Assembly (NCBI GenBank): GCA_963778655.1
Contig: CAVZVA010000003.1
Location: 672,001 to 736,000, forward strand
Source: an uncultured delta proteobacterium
GTDB lineage: Bacteria; Myxococcota_A; Polyangia; Polyangiales; JAFGIB01
Direction: 5' to 3'
Length of the DNA stretch: 64,000 nucleotides
The notes under the pieces were generated by a model. That model worked only from the letters and a program-made list of their open reading frames with translations. It did no database searches and was not told the origin of the DNA. Below, piece by piece: positions 9,352-19,759 of the stretch. The first letter of the stretch is position 1, and every line of letters begins with the position of its first letter. Made by a program: the position numbers and the translations under genes.

Positions 9352-10932
9352 TTAGTAGCGGGGAGGCGGTCCATATAGGGAGTCGCGGTACTGGGTGTAG
9401 CTCGTGGCGCCCCCGATGTCCCAGGCCAAAGACCTCACCAGCTTGCCATCGGGATCGACCTCGTGCATCAGTCCCGACGTGGTGTAAGTGACCAGGGTGT
9501 TTCCGTTGGGCAGGCGCTGCACGTCGCCCAGCACGAACGACGTGCTGCCTCCGTCATAGTGCCAGACCCGGGTTGCGGTGTGTGCGGTGAGATCGAGCTG
9601 AAGCTCGTAGGCGATCGAATTTTGACCGACGTCGCCGTTGTTGAACATCAACATGCGGTCGGGGCTGATCTCGTGAAATCCGTGCTGCCGCGACCAGGTC
9701 GCGCCGTCCCCGGTGAAGCTGTTCTTGGCGCCGCCGAGCACCCACAGCACTTTGCCCTGCCGGGTGACCCGCATGTAACAGTTCTGGTCCAGGTCGCCGA
9801 AGGTGTAGGTGTCATCGCCCGCGAAGTAGTGGATCGCATTGACGTGACACATCGTGCTGCCGTGGGCGTCTTGCGCGTTGATCACCTGATGGGTGGTTCC
9901 GTCCGGCGCGCGCTCCACGATCGCGTCGCAACCTCTGTTCTTGTCGAACTGGATGAACCCCACGGTGCCGTCCGGGAGCACAGTCAGATCATGGTGGCCA
10001 TCGCCGAACTCGCTGTTGATGTCGAACCGCTGGACGTCCATGCCGTCCATGCTGACCCTAACCACCATCGGATTCCCGCCCTGAACGTTGACGTTGCGAA
10101 TCCACATGTACTTGCCGTCCTCCGTCATTCGCGAGGACGACACGTCCGATCCGATGTCGAACCACCACACGTAGTCCCCATCGGCGTCGACGATGAACGC
10201 GGGCCCGGCCGAGCCGCCGCCCGCCCCAGGGAAGCCGCCGATCCCGCCCGATCCGGGGGCCGTGAAGAAGCCCGTGACGATGTATCCCTTGCTGACCTTG
10301 TCGGGCTGGGGCGTGTCGACCTGAATCCGGGTCAGGTGCGTGCCGTTCGGGAGGTCACCCGTGTGCAGCATGTTGTCCGCGCCGGTGCAATCCTTACCCC
10401 CGGCGCTCACTACCACCCGGTAGTGATAGTCCTTCGACGGCTTCATGCCTAGCAGCAGCGTGCGGTAGCCCGGCTCGGTGAGATCCACCGGTGCCATCAT
10501 GCCGTAGGTGGTATCCAGCCCGAAGTCGATGTGGGCGGAGTCGATGCTGGTCATGTCGGTCGTGAAGGTGACGATTCCGACGGTGCTGATCGCGGTGCTC
10601 ATGGTCAGCGTCGGCGTGATCGTGCAGCTGACGCTCGGCGTGGCCGGCGCGCCGGCCGCTCCCATCATGCTCGTGCCCCCTGTCCCGCCGCCCATCCCCG
10701 CAGCGGCCATGGTGGGACCGCCTCCGTTTCCTCCGTTTCCTCCGGTGGTGATCACGCCCGGAGAGGCTGCGCCGCCGCCGACGCCGCCGGTGGCGACGAC
10801 CGACGTCCCGCCCGTCGGCATTCCGACCATTGCGCCGCCCCCGGATGGGGTACCGCCGCTGCTGCAGCCGAGCGCCAATACCAGGGCTGCCCCACTACCG
10901 AGAACGAGTGAAACGCGTGTGGTGAGACTCAT
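9352..10932 (-). CDS. Arylsulfate sulfotransferase (ASST)-family lipoprotein
   Basis: Lipobox LALGC, long Gly-rich linker. HHDL, HVNAIHY, RQHGF, FNNG and GDVQRLPNGNTLV motifs of the ASST propeller. Confidence 0.8.
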   Translation of the reverse strand: MSLTTRVSLVLGSGAALVLALGCSSGGTPSGGGAMVGMPTGGTSVVATGGVGGGAASPGVITTGGNGGNGGGPTMAAAGMGGGTGGTSMMGAAGAPATPSVSCTITPTLTMSTAISTVGIVTFTTDMTSIDSAHIDFGLDTTYGMMAPVDLTEPGYRTLLLGMKPSKDYHYRVVVSAGGKDCTGADNMLHTGDLPNGTHLTRIQVDTPQPDKVSKGYIVTGFFTAPGSGGIGGFPGAGGGSAGPAFIVDADGDYVWWFDIGSDVSSSRMTEDGKYMWIRNVNVQGGNPMVVRVSMDGMDVQRFDINSEFGDGHHDLTVLPDGTVGFIQFDKNRGCDAIVERAPDGTTHQVINAQDAHGSTMCHVNAIHYFAGDDTYTFGDLDQNCYMRVTRQGKVLWVLGGAKNSFTGDGATWSRQHGFHEISPDRMLMFNNGDVGQNSIAYELQLDLTAHTATRVWHYDGGSTSFVLGDVQRLPNGNTLVTYTTSGLMHEVDPDGKLVRSLAWDIGGATSYTQYRDSLYGPPPRY

Positions 10933-11331
10933 CGCGATGCCCTTCGCTGCGCCACGTCGGCGCGACGATCATCGCCGCCACCGCGCTGCTGCGAGCGCTC
11001 CCGACTTCTAGAACGCTCAAGCAAGTTCAAGCTCGTTGCTTCTTAGAACTCAATAGCCGTCCGCAGGTGCCGGGTCAATGTGCAACTTGGCGCCATTTCC
11101 GACTGGACACCCAAGCTGGACCCCATCGGTGCGTGAGCGGCAATCTGCGCAGCGCGCGCACGCTGTCGCAATGTGTGTAAGCGCGGCGGTTTCTGCTCCG
11201 CGATCGCGATCTCGGTGGACTGCGCTCGACAGCGCGCCTACGGTCGAAACGACGTGATTGACCGGATGCGAGTGCCCCTCATCAAAGCGCCTGAAGTAAT
11301 TTCGCGATGCATGACCTTGCCCCCCAACCTT

Positions 11332-12879
11332 ATGCAAGATTCAGCTGACAGCTGCTCGCGACCGCTCGCGCCACGGACGCTCGCAAGCGGCCGCGCGGTT
11401 GCACCATGGGCTCATTGGCGAGCGCTTTGGCTTGCGCTGCTCGCAACGACAGCCGCGGCCCCGAGCGTGGCGCGGGCGGATGGATACTTCGAGGGCGTCA
11501 AGGGCGCGCGCGCCGCCGGGCGAGCGGGCGCCTCCATGGTGCGCGGGGACGACCTGTCCGCGGTCCAGCTCAACCCGGCGAGTCTCGCACACATCAAGGG
11601 CACACTGATCGAGCTCGGCAATCGCTTCTCCTACAATGCGCTGAGCTTCGAACGGCAGCCGACGCAGGACTGGGGCCATACCCAAAACGGGGTCCCTCCG
11701 CGGGTCCCCTTTGCCGAGGTTGACAACGGACAGCCGTGGCAGGCCGTCGATCCGATGCTCGGCGCCATTTCCGACCTCGGCCTGCGGGACTGGCGCTTCG
11801 CGCTGGCCATCTATTCGCCTGCGGGGGTGGGCCGCGAAGATTTCCCGATCGACGGCGGGCAGCGCTACATGATGGTCAGCCGCGACACGAAGATCATCGA
11901 CTACGGCGCCAGCGTTGCCTGGAACCACGACGACGTGTTCGGCTTCGGAGCCAGCTTGCTCTGGATCTGGATCCCCAAGCTGAAGTATCAGCTCGTGATC
12001 GACGCCAGCACCTTCCCGCGCAGCGCCAATCCGGTCTCGAGCGCGCTCGACATGCTGGCCACTGTGGACGGCTCCGATCCGTTCACCTTCAACATGGTCG
12101 TGGGCGCCTGGTACAAGCCCGCGCCTTTCCTGGAGCTCGGCATATCCGCGCAGGTGATCCCGACCCAGATCAAGGCTGCGAGCAAGCTCTCGCTCCAGCC
12201 GCTCACCTCTGCGATCATGGACCAGGTGGTGCTGCGACGCGGCACCGAGGTCACCAACGACGTGAGCCTGACGCTTCCGCTACCGATCACGGCGCGGGCA
12301 GGCGCGCGCTATGTCCGCCGCCAGGGCAAACGCGAGCTGTTCGACGTCGAGCTCGACGGCACCTATGAGGCCTGGTCGGCGGTCCGGGACTTCACGCTCG
12401 ACGCCCGCGGGCTAACCGTCGAGTTTCTGAGCCAGCGCCTGGCGCTCACCAAGATCGAGGTCCCGAAACACTGGCATGACACGGTCGGCGTCCAGCTCGG
12501 CAGCGACTACGCGGTGCTCGCCGACCTGCTGACGCTGCGCGGCGGGGTGTTCTACCAGACGGCGCTCGCCTCTCCGGCATACGCCCACGTCGACTTCCTG
12601 AGCGGGAGCAGGCTGGGCGCAACGATCGGCGCTTCGGTCTTGCTCGGCTCGTTCGAAATCGCGCTGGCGTACGAATATCGGTACATGCCGACAATCCGCG
12701 GGGCCGAGGCGGATGCGCGCGTCTATCAACAGACGCCGGGCAGTCAGTGCGTGGCGCCCTATACCGACCCGGACCTGTGCAACGCGGCGTATCTCGGGCA
12801 GCCGGCGCCGGCCGTGAACGCGGGCAGCTACCGCGCGGATTCGAGCGTCGCCTCGCTGGATCTGCTCTATCGCTTCTGA
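11332..12879 (+). CDS. FadL/OmpP1-family outer-membrane hydrophobic-substrate transporter (start uncertain)
   Basis: Signal peptide, then GYF..GARAAGRAGA...DDLSAVQLNPASL (FadL NPA hatch motif). C-terminal YRF. Confidence 0.8.
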   Translation: MQDSADSCSRPLAPRTLASGRAVAPWAHWRALWLALLATTAAAPSVARADGYFEGVKGARAAGRAGASMVRGDDLSAVQLNPASLAHIKGTLIELGNRFSYNALSFERQPTQDWGHTQNGVPPRVPFAEVDNGQPWQAVDPMLGAISDLGLRDWRFALAIYSPAGVGREDFPIDGGQRYMMVSRDTKIIDYGASVAWNHDDVFGFGASLLWIWIPKLKYQLVIDASTFPRSANPVSSALDMLATVDGSDPFTFNMVVGAWYKPAPFLELGISAQVIPTQIKAASKLSLQPLTSAIMDQVVLRRGTEVTNDVSLTLPLPITARAGARYVRRQGKRELFDVELDGTYEAWSAVRDFTLDARGLTVEFLSQRLALTKIEVPKHWHDTVGVQLGSDYAVLADLLTLRGGVFYQTALASPAYAHVDFLSGSRLGATIGASVLLGSFEIALAYEYRYMPTIRGAEADARVYQQTPGSQCVAPYTDPDLCNAAYLGQPAPAVNAGSYRADSSVASLDLLYRF

Positions 12880-13159
12880 ACGCGTGCCGCTGAGCCGTGC
12901 CCAGCGGCACGCGGCGATCGCGCGCGCCAACGACGCGAGCTTCTCGCCAGCAAGCCCACGGGGAATGTGCGTTCACAGCACGCATCCCTGCGGGCGCGCC
13001 AGTGGCGCCACGCGTGGACAAACGCGCGGCACGCGTGCTAGGCCAGCCTGTAGCCGAGCTTGGCCCGCCGAAATGCCACGGCGCTGGCAGCGGCCCGCGA
13101 TATGGAGGTCGAGCCTGCGCTTGGCCGCCCGCACTCCCAGACGGACCACCCCAGCAGCC

Positions 13160-14311
13160 ATGGACAGCATCCTGTATCGAATGCGCCGCGTGTACCGCGT
13201 CCTGCGGCGAACGCACGGCGTCTACGTCATACCGCTGTTCCTCGCCCCGCTGTTCGCGTTGCTGCGGATGCTCGTCGGTCTGGGCATGGCGCTCGACCAC
13301 GTGCTGTTCCCGCGGCTTTCCCGCACGCGCGTGAGCCGGCCGATCGTGCTGGTCGGAAACCCGCGCACGGGCACCACCTTCCTTCAGCGCTTCCTGGCCG
13401 ACGAGGGCTTCGGCTGCGGGATGGAGCTGTTTCTGATGCTCTATCCTTCGCTCGCGCTGCAGCGCGCGCTGCGGCCGCTGCTTCCGCTGCTGGAAAAGCT
13501 CAGCCCCGCCAAGTTCCACTCGACCGAGGCCCACCAGACCAGTCTGTCCTCGGTCGAAACCGACGACGTGGCCGTGCTGTTCAGGTACCTCGACGGCTTC
13601 TTCCTCTACGGGTTCTTCCTGTCCTTCGACGACGAGGACATGCTGCCGTCGGTGGACCCCCGCGTGCGCGACACCAGCGAGCGCGACTTTGGCTGGCTCG
13701 AAGCGCTGTGGAAGCGCAGCCTCCTCCTGCACGGGGGCGAGCGCAACGTGGCGAAGCTGTTTTCGATCGCGGTGCGTCTACCGCGCTTTCTCGAGCGCTT
13801 TCCCGACGCCCAGATCCTCTACATGGTGCGCGATCCGCTCTCGGTGATTCCGAGCTCGATGAGCCTGGTGGTCGGCGTGCTCGACCGCGCGTTCGGGTTC
13901 TGGTCCTTGCCCGAAGCAACACGGACCCGCTGGCTGCAACGCATGTACAAGGCGTGGATCCTGCTGTTCCAGAGGTTTCACGAGGATTGGACCAGCGGCG
14001 CCATCGACCAGAGTCGCGTGTTCATCGTGCGCTACGACCTGATGATGACCGATTTCGAACGAGTGATGCGGGATATGTGCGCGTTCTTGAATCACGAAAT
14101 GACGCCGGAGCTTCGCGCCGTCGTGGCCGAGCGCGCCGAGGCGCAGCGGAAGTACGAATCGGAGCACCGCTACAATCTAGCCAAGTTCGGGCTGAGCGAA
14201 GAGGAGATCCGGCGCGACTGTGCCTTCTACTACGACGCCTTCCTGCCGCCCCTGAACGGCCCCACAGCGACGGCAGACGCTGCCGTCGTTCAGGCAGCCG
14301 CGACGAAGTGA
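13160..14311 (+). CDS. PAPS-dependent sulfotransferase (Sulfotransfer_3 / Stf3-like)
   Basis: 5'-PSB loop GNPRTGTTFL and 3'-PB MVRDPLSVIPS. N-terminal hydrophobic helix. Confidence 0.9.
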   Translation: MDSILYRMRRVYRVLRRTHGVYVIPLFLAPLFALLRMLVGLGMALDHVLFPRLSRTRVSRPIVLVGNPRTGTTFLQRFLADEGFGCGMELFLMLYPSLALQRALRPLLPLLEKLSPAKFHSTEAHQTSLSSVETDDVAVLFRYLDGFFLYGFFLSFDDEDMLPSVDPRVRDTSERDFGWLEALWKRSLLLHGGERNVAKLFSIAVRLPRFLERFPDAQILYMVRDPLSVIPSSMSLVVGVLDRAFGFWSLPEATRTRWLQRMYKAWILLFQRFHEDWTSGAIDQSRVFIVRYDLMMTDFERVMRDMCAFLNHEMTPELRAVVAERAEAQRKYESEHRYNLAKFGLSEEEIRRDCAFYYDAFLPPLNGPTATADAAVVQAAATK

Positions 14312-14323
14312 GGCAACGGGTCA

Positions 14324-16702
14324 ATGCTTCGCCGCTACGTCACCCGGGTCGTCGCGCGGCCGAAGCTGGTGATCGTGTTGATCGCGCTGGTCACGATCGT
14401 GCTGGCCGGCTTCATCGGCAAGCTGAGGGTGCTGCTCGACATCGACGCCCAGATCCCGCCCGGCCATCCGCTGGTCGTGGTCGGCAAGCGCATCGAGAAG
14501 CTCTTCGGCGGCAAGTACATGACCGTCGTCGGCATCTATCCCGAGGACGGCAGCATCTACACGCCGAAGATCCTGGCCAAGGTCAAACGCATCAATGACG
14601 CGCTGGAGCGCCTGCCGGGCGTCAAGCCCGGCAGCGTGCTGTCCTTGATGTCCCGGCGCGTCAAGGACGTGAAGAGCTCCGAAGACGGCATCGAGGTCGT
14701 CCCGCTGGCCGACAAGGTGCCGCAGACCGCCGCCGAGATCGCGAACTTCCGCCGGCGAGTGCAGCGCAATCGCCTGGTCACGAGCTTGCTCGTCAGCGAC
14801 AACGGGCGCGCCACCGCGGTGATGGTCGACTTCGATGATTTCGCCAAAGCCGGCGGCGCCAAGGGCCTCTATCTCCGCCTGCAGCGCATCCTCGAGCCCG
14901 AACGCGAGGCGGGGATCGAGATTCGCAGCGCGGGCGCGCCGCCGGTCCTGTACTGGCTGCTGATCTACACGCGCCGCGTGGCAGTGCTGTTCCTGCTCGC
15001 GCTCGGGATAATCGGCTACCTGCACTACCGCGCGTTCAGAACGCTGCAGGGGATGTTCGTGCCGCTGGTAACGGCGCTGATGGGCGTGGTCTGGGCGCTC
15101 GGGCTGATGGGCCTGATCCAGGCGCCGATGGACCCGTGGAACATCATGACGCCGATCCTGCTGCTCGCGATTGGCGCGGGCCATTCGGTCCAGATCCTGA
15201 AGCGCTACTACGAAGAATACCGCCGCGCCGGCATCGACCGGCCCGAGCTCTCCGCGGTGGAGCACAACCGGCTGGCGGTGATCGAGGCGACCACCAAGGT
15301 GGGCGCGGTGATGCTCGCGGCCGGAGCGATCGCCTCGCTCAGCTTCGGCTCGCTGGTGGCCTTCGGCCTGCCGTCGATCAGGAACTTCGGCCTGTGCACC
15401 GCGTTCGGCATCGTGGCCGCGCTCGCGGTGGAAATGACCTTCATTCCGGCCATCCGCGTGCTGATGGCGCCGCCTTCGGCGCGGCAGACCGAGCGCGAGC
15501 AGCGCGAGGAGTACTTCGACCCGATTCTGGAGAAGCTCGCCAGCATCATGCGCGCCGGCAAGGAGCGGCCGATTCTGTGGGTGTTCGTGGTGCTGATCGC
15601 GATCGCCGCCGTGGGCGTCGTGCGGCTCAAAGCCGGCAACAACCTGGGTGCTCAATTCTTCGAGGCCAACGCGCCGGTTCGGGGCTTCCGTCTCGCCGAT
15701 TCACGCCTGGCCGGCACCCGCGTGATCCAGGTGCTGGTCGAGGGCAAGGCCCCCGATGCGATCAAGGATCCAGAGGTGCTGAAGCGGATGGACGCGCTCT
15801 CGAGCTTCATCGCGCACCAGCCCCTGCCGATCGGCAAGGTGGTCTCGATCGTCGACGTGCTCAAGGAGCTGAGCCGCGTGATCGCCAACGACCCGCACGC
15901 GAAGTTGCCGGACAGCCCGGAGGCGGTGGCGCAGTACCTGTTGCTGTATTCGATGTCCGGCGACGACGACGATCTGAGTCGACTGGTGGACCACGACTTC
16001 CAGCGCGCCGTGGTGACCGCCTACGTGAAGACCGACGACTACACCAAGATGAAGGCAATGACGGTCGCCGTGCAGGCGCAGGCCGAGAAGCTGTTCGCCG
16101 GCACCAACGTCAAGGCGATGGTGGGCGGCGGAGTCACCAACGCGATCGCGCTCAACGAGACCATGGTCCGCGGCAAGACGATCAACCTGATCCAGATCTC
16201 GCTCTTGGTCGTGGTCATCACCGCGGTGCTGCTGCGCTCGCTGGCCGGCGGGCTGCTGGTGTTGCTGCCGCTGGCGACAGCGGCGCTGGTGAACCTCGGA
16301 CTGATGGGTTGGACCGGCATCCTGCTCTCGATGGGGACCGCCGCGATCTCCGCGATGGCGGTAGGGATCGGCGCGGACTACGCCGTCTACTTCCTGTTCC
16401 GGGTGCGCGAGGAGGTCGAACGCACGGGAGACCTGCGCGAGGCGACCGCGGTCGCGCTTACCACCTCGGGCAAGGCCATCGCCTACGTGGCGAGCGCAGT
16501 GGCCGGCGGCTATCTGTGCCTGGCGCTCTCGGGCTTCAAGGTGCACGTGCTGCTCGGCGTGCTGGTCGCGCTCACCATGGTGACCAGCAGCGCCGCGACC
16601 GTGGCCTTCCTGCCGGCGGTGCTGCTGCGGGTGAGGCCCGCCTTCCTGCTGCGCCGCGCCCCGGCCAAGCCCCGGCCCGAAGTCTCCGCGCTCTCGAGTT
16701 GA
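14324..16702 (+). CDS. MMPL/RND-superfamily lipid transporter
   Basis: Two repeats of 1 TM + periplasmic loop + 5 TM. GIGADYAVY motif in the second half. Confidence 0.9.
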   Translation: MLRRYVTRVVARPKLVIVLIALVTIVLAGFIGKLRVLLDIDAQIPPGHPLVVVGKRIEKLFGGKYMTVVGIYPEDGSIYTPKILAKVKRINDALERLPGVKPGSVLSLMSRRVKDVKSSEDGIEVVPLADKVPQTAAEIANFRRRVQRNRLVTSLLVSDNGRATAVMVDFDDFAKAGGAKGLYLRLQRILEPEREAGIEIRSAGAPPVLYWLLIYTRRVAVLFLLALGIIGYLHYRAFRTLQGMFVPLVTALMGVVWALGLMGLIQAPMDPWNIMTPILLLAIGAGHSVQILKRYYEEYRRAGIDRPELSAVEHNRLAVIEATTKVGAVMLAAGAIASLSFGSLVAFGLPSIRNFGLCTAFGIVAALAVEMTFIPAIRVLMAPPSARQTEREQREEYFDPILEKLASIMRAGKERPILWVFVVLIAIAAVGVVRLKAGNNLGAQFFEANAPVRGFRLADSRLAGTRVIQVLVEGKAPDAIKDPEVLKRMDALSSFIAHQPLPIGKVVSIVDVLKELSRVIANDPHAKLPDSPEAVAQYLLLYSMSGDDDDLSRLVDHDFQRAVVTAYVKTDDYTKMKAMTVAVQAQAEKLFAGTNVKAMVGGGVTNAIALNETMVRGKTINLIQISLLVVVITAVLLRSLAGGLLVLLPLATAALVNLGLMGWTGILLSMGTAAISAMAVGIGADYAVYFLFRVREEVERTGDLREATAVALTTSGKAIAYVASAVAGGYLCLALSGFKVHVLLGVLVALTMVTSSAATVAFLPAVLLRVRPAFLLRRAPAKPRPEVSALSS

Positions 16703-16724
16703 GCCGCGCCGGATCGCAGGACGA

Positions 16725-17939
16725 TCAGTGTGCCTGCAGCTCGGGCCTGGTGAACAGAAGCCTGGCGGCCACGTTGACCATCAAGGTGAACAGGATGGCG
16801 CCGATCCCGAAGATGCCCATCGAGACCCTGAGCTCCACCCAGCTCGGCGTGTACTGGTAGATCTCGCCGAGCGTCGACGGAGTGAATCCCGGAACGACCA
16901 GGGCCACGCCCTTCTCCACGTAGACGCCGCAGTAGATCAGCACGGCTCCCAGGTTGAGCGTGATCAGGTTCTTGCGCGTCTTGGGGATCAGGAACAACAG
17001 AAACGCCGCCGAGCTGCTGAGGAGGGCCAGCCACGCATAGGGGGCGATCGGTGAAGAGCTGTACGCGCCCTGGCCGAACAGGTACTGGTATTGGATCAGC
17101 TCTCGAGTCTGAGAATAGTACTCGCGAAAGATCTCGGCTCCGAACAGAAACAGGTTGATGAACATCGCATAGGCCATCAGCTCGGCGATCTTGAACAAGG
17201 CGTCGTTGGTCACGTTGAGCCGTGTGGTGCGACGCAGGATCTGGAGCAGGATCAGGATGATCGCGGGGCCGGAACAGAACGCGGAGGCCAGAAAGCGCGG
17301 AGCCAGGATCGCGGCATTCCAGTAGCTGCGCGACGGCAAGCCGCTGAACAGAAAGGCGGTGACCGTGTGGATCGCCGCGGCGGCCGGAATCGAGAGGAAG
17401 ATCAGCGGCAGGGCAAAGCGTTCATTGTAGTGCTCGTGCTTGTACGCGCGGAACAGGATGTGCGTAGCGATGGTCACGTTCAACAGCAGGTATCCGCTGA
17501 GCACGACCACGTCCCACGCCAGCAGTGAGCGCGGGAAGTTGGGACGGCCGATGAACGGGATCATGTGCCAGATCCGCAACGGATTGCCGACATCCACCGT
17601 CACGAACAGTACGCACATGACGATCGCAGCGATCGCCAGCAACTCGCCGATCAGGGCGATCTCCTTGATCGGCTTCCAATCGTAGACGTAGGCAGGGATC
17701 ACCAGCACCACGGCGGCGGCGGCCACACCGACCAAGAAGGTGAAGTTGCCGATGTAGAATCCCCACGAAACCGCATCGCGCATGTTGGTCATGATCAGAC
17801 CATTCCTGAGTTGCTCGCGGTAGACGTCCACGCCGCTCGCGACCAGCGCCGACAGGAACGCCAGCCAGAGGTAGTAGATCGGCTTGCCCTTGAGCGATGC
17901 GAGCAGGCTGGCGCCGATGAATTTCAGGAAGGTCGGCAT
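16725..17939 (-). CDS. NrfD/PsrC/DsrP-family quinol-interacting membrane anchor
   Basis: WGFYIGNFTFLVGVAAAA, D.GNPLR.W, SLLAWD, HTVTAFLF and ILAPRFLASAF motifs. About 10 TM helices. Confidence 0.9.
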   Translation of the reverse strand: MPTFLKFIGASLLASLKGKPIYYLWLAFLSALVASGVDVYREQLRNGLIMTNMRDAVSWGFYIGNFTFLVGVAAAAVVLVIPAYVYDWKPIKEIALIGELLAIAAIVMCVLFVTVDVGNPLRIWHMIPFIGRPNFPRSLLAWDVVVLSGYLLLNVTIATHILFRAYKHEHYNERFALPLIFLSIPAAAAIHTVTAFLFSGLPSRSYWNAAILAPRFLASAFCSGPAIILILLQILRRTTRLNVTNDALFKIAELMAYAMFINLFLFGAEIFREYYSQTRELIQYQYLFGQGAYSSSPIAPYAWLALLSSSAAFLLFLIPKTRKNLITLNLGAVLIYCGVYVEKGVALVVPGFTPSTLGEIYQYTPSWVELRVSMGIFGIGAILFTLMVNVAARLLFTRPELQAH

Positions 17940-17945
17940 GCGCGG

Positions 17946-19001
17946 TCAGACTCCGTAGAAGTAGAAGAACTTCGGCTGGGTACCGAGATCCTCTTTGAAC
18001 ACGAAGACTCGCTTGGTCTCGATCACCTGGCGAATCTCGCTCTTGGGATCGAGCAGGTTGCCGAACTTGCGCGCCCCGACCGGGCAGACCTCGAGACACG
18101 CCGGGTACCTGCCATTGCGTACGCGCTGAATGCAGAAGTGGCACTTTTCGACGACGCCCTTCATCCGCGGGCGGTTGCCCAAGACATGGGTGTTGGGGTT
18201 GATCTCGTCCTTTGGAATCGTCGGCTCGGCCCAGTTGAAGCGACGCGCCTCGTAGGGACAAGCAGCCATGCAGTAGCGGCAGCCGATGCACCAGTCGTAG
18301 TCGACGACGACGATTCCGTCCGGCTCCTTCCAGGTCGCTCCAACCGGGCACACTTTCTCGCAGGGCGAGTGGTCGCACTGCTGGCAGGACGCCGGGAAGT
18401 AGAAGTGGCCTTCTCGCGGCACCTGATCGGCCTCGTAGTACGGATTTGCGTGCTCGAGATCGACGCCGTAGCGCTTGTCCATCTCGAGCACGCGGATGTA
18501 CTGAATCTGCGGGTCGCGCGACTGGTTGTTTTCCTCGACGCAGGCATACACGCACCTGCGACAGCCGATGCAGCGCGAAATATCGAGCGCGTACGCGAAC
18601 ACCACGCCGGGGATCGGCGGCTCGGCGCCTACTCTGAAGTCGACGCCGTACTTCTGCTTGTACTCCCGCTCGAGTCGCTGCGTCATGCGCTTGACCTCGG
18701 CCGGGGACAGCTCGCGGAAGTGCTGCTGGAAGAAGCGCTCTCGTGTTGCCGCGTCGCACGAGGCAAGCAGCGCGACCGCGCTGGTTTGGCCCATCAACTT
18801 CAAGAATTTGCGGCGGCCGTGTCCCGCTCGGGCCGCTGGCTCGGCGGCGAGCACCGGCAACCTGACCGGCGCCTGGGTGGTGGAACGCACAGGCGCTGCG
18901 TCCGCTTCAGGCGCCCGCGGCAACGTGGCGAAGCCGTCGGGGTGCCGCCTCCGCGCGAAGCTCGTGTCGCCGCGTCGTGCCTCGTGCCGGTCGTCGGTCA
19001 T
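17946..19001 (-). CDS. 4Fe-4S dicluster protein (NrfC/DsrO-like) with Tat-type signal
   Basis: RRKFLK Tat motif followed by LASC. CIGCRRC..C, CQQC..PC..VCP, CIGCRYC..ACP and KCHFC..PAC..CP. Confidence 0.9.
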   Translation of the reverse strand: MTDDRHEARRGDTSFARRRHPDGFATLPRAPEADAAPVRSTTQAPVRLPVLAAEPAARAGHGRRKFLKLMGQTSAVALLASCDAATRERFFQQHFRELSPAEVKRMTQRLEREYKQKYGVDFRVGAEPPIPGVVFAYALDISRCIGCRRCVYACVEENNQSRDPQIQYIRVLEMDKRYGVDLEHANPYYEADQVPREGHFYFPASCQQCDHSPCEKVCPVGATWKEPDGIVVVDYDWCIGCRYCMAACPYEARRFNWAEPTIPKDEINPNTHVLGNRPRMKGVVEKCHFCIQRVRNGRYPACLEVCPVGARKFGNLLDPKSEIRQVIETKRVFVFKEDLGTQPKFFYFYGV

Positions 19002-19759
19002 CGCGCCGCCTCCCTTCCGCCGTCCCAGCGAATCTCGCTCGGCTTGCGCGGTCGTGGCTTGGGTTCGAGCGCCTTGAACTTGGGCGCGTGCGGGTTGTGG
19101 CAGTGAACGCACAGGCGGTACTCCACCTGGCCATTCCAGCAGCCCGTGCGCCGTCCGTGAATGCCGAGCCGCCAGTCTCTCAACTTTGGGCCGTGGCACT
19201 GGCCGCACAGCTCGTAGGACTTCTCGAAGCTGACCAGGCGTCCGCCGGCGAGGCGCAGCTTGTCGCGGTCCGTCGGGTTGTGGCAGCCGTAACACCACTG
19301 CTCTCGAGGACCGTGGACCAGCTTGATGTCGGTGTGGAACAGGGTGAGGTTGCGCTTCTTGGGATTGAAGTCATCGGGTCGGTCGTGACAGCGCGTGCAC
19401 GGAAACACGGTCGCCGAGAACGGCGGCCGCGGCACCGGGTACTGTTGGTCCGCCGCGCGTTCGTCTTTCCGCACCGGCCGGCACTCGGGCACCGGCACGG
19501 CAACCGTCGCGGCGCCAAACCCGGTGACCTGCTCCTGGATCACTCGCCCAGCTGGCGCGGCGCTGCGCGCGGCTGGCGCGGGCTTGGCGGGCGCTTGTTG
19601 CCCCAGCACGAACACCGGCACGCCCGCCAGCGAAACCAGCGCCAGCGCCGCCAGGCGCTTTGGCCAACCGAGCCGCCGCGTGGCAGTCGCCTGTATCCCC
19701 TGCGGCGCGGGCCCGGCTCGGTGGCCGAGAATCCGCCGGCGCCGGGGCACCCGCCTCAC
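18998..19759 (-). CDS. Tetraheme cytochrome c
   Basis: GTG start overlapping the upstream TGA. Hydrophobic signal/anchor. CTRCH, CYGCH, CGQCH, CVHCH. Confidence 0.85.
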   Translation of the reverse strand: MRRVPRRRRILGHRAGPAPQGIQATATRRLGWPKRLAALALVSLAGVPVFVLGQQAPAKPAPAARSAAPAGRVIQEQVTGFGAATVAVPVPECRPVRKDERAADQQYPVPRPPFSATVFPCTRCHDRPDDFNPKKRNLTLFHTDIKLVHGPREQWCYGCHNPTDRDKLRLAGGRLVSFEKSYELCGQCHGPKLRDWRLGIHGRRTGCWNGQVEYRLCVHCHNPHAPKFKALEPKPRPRKPSEIRWDGGREAAR

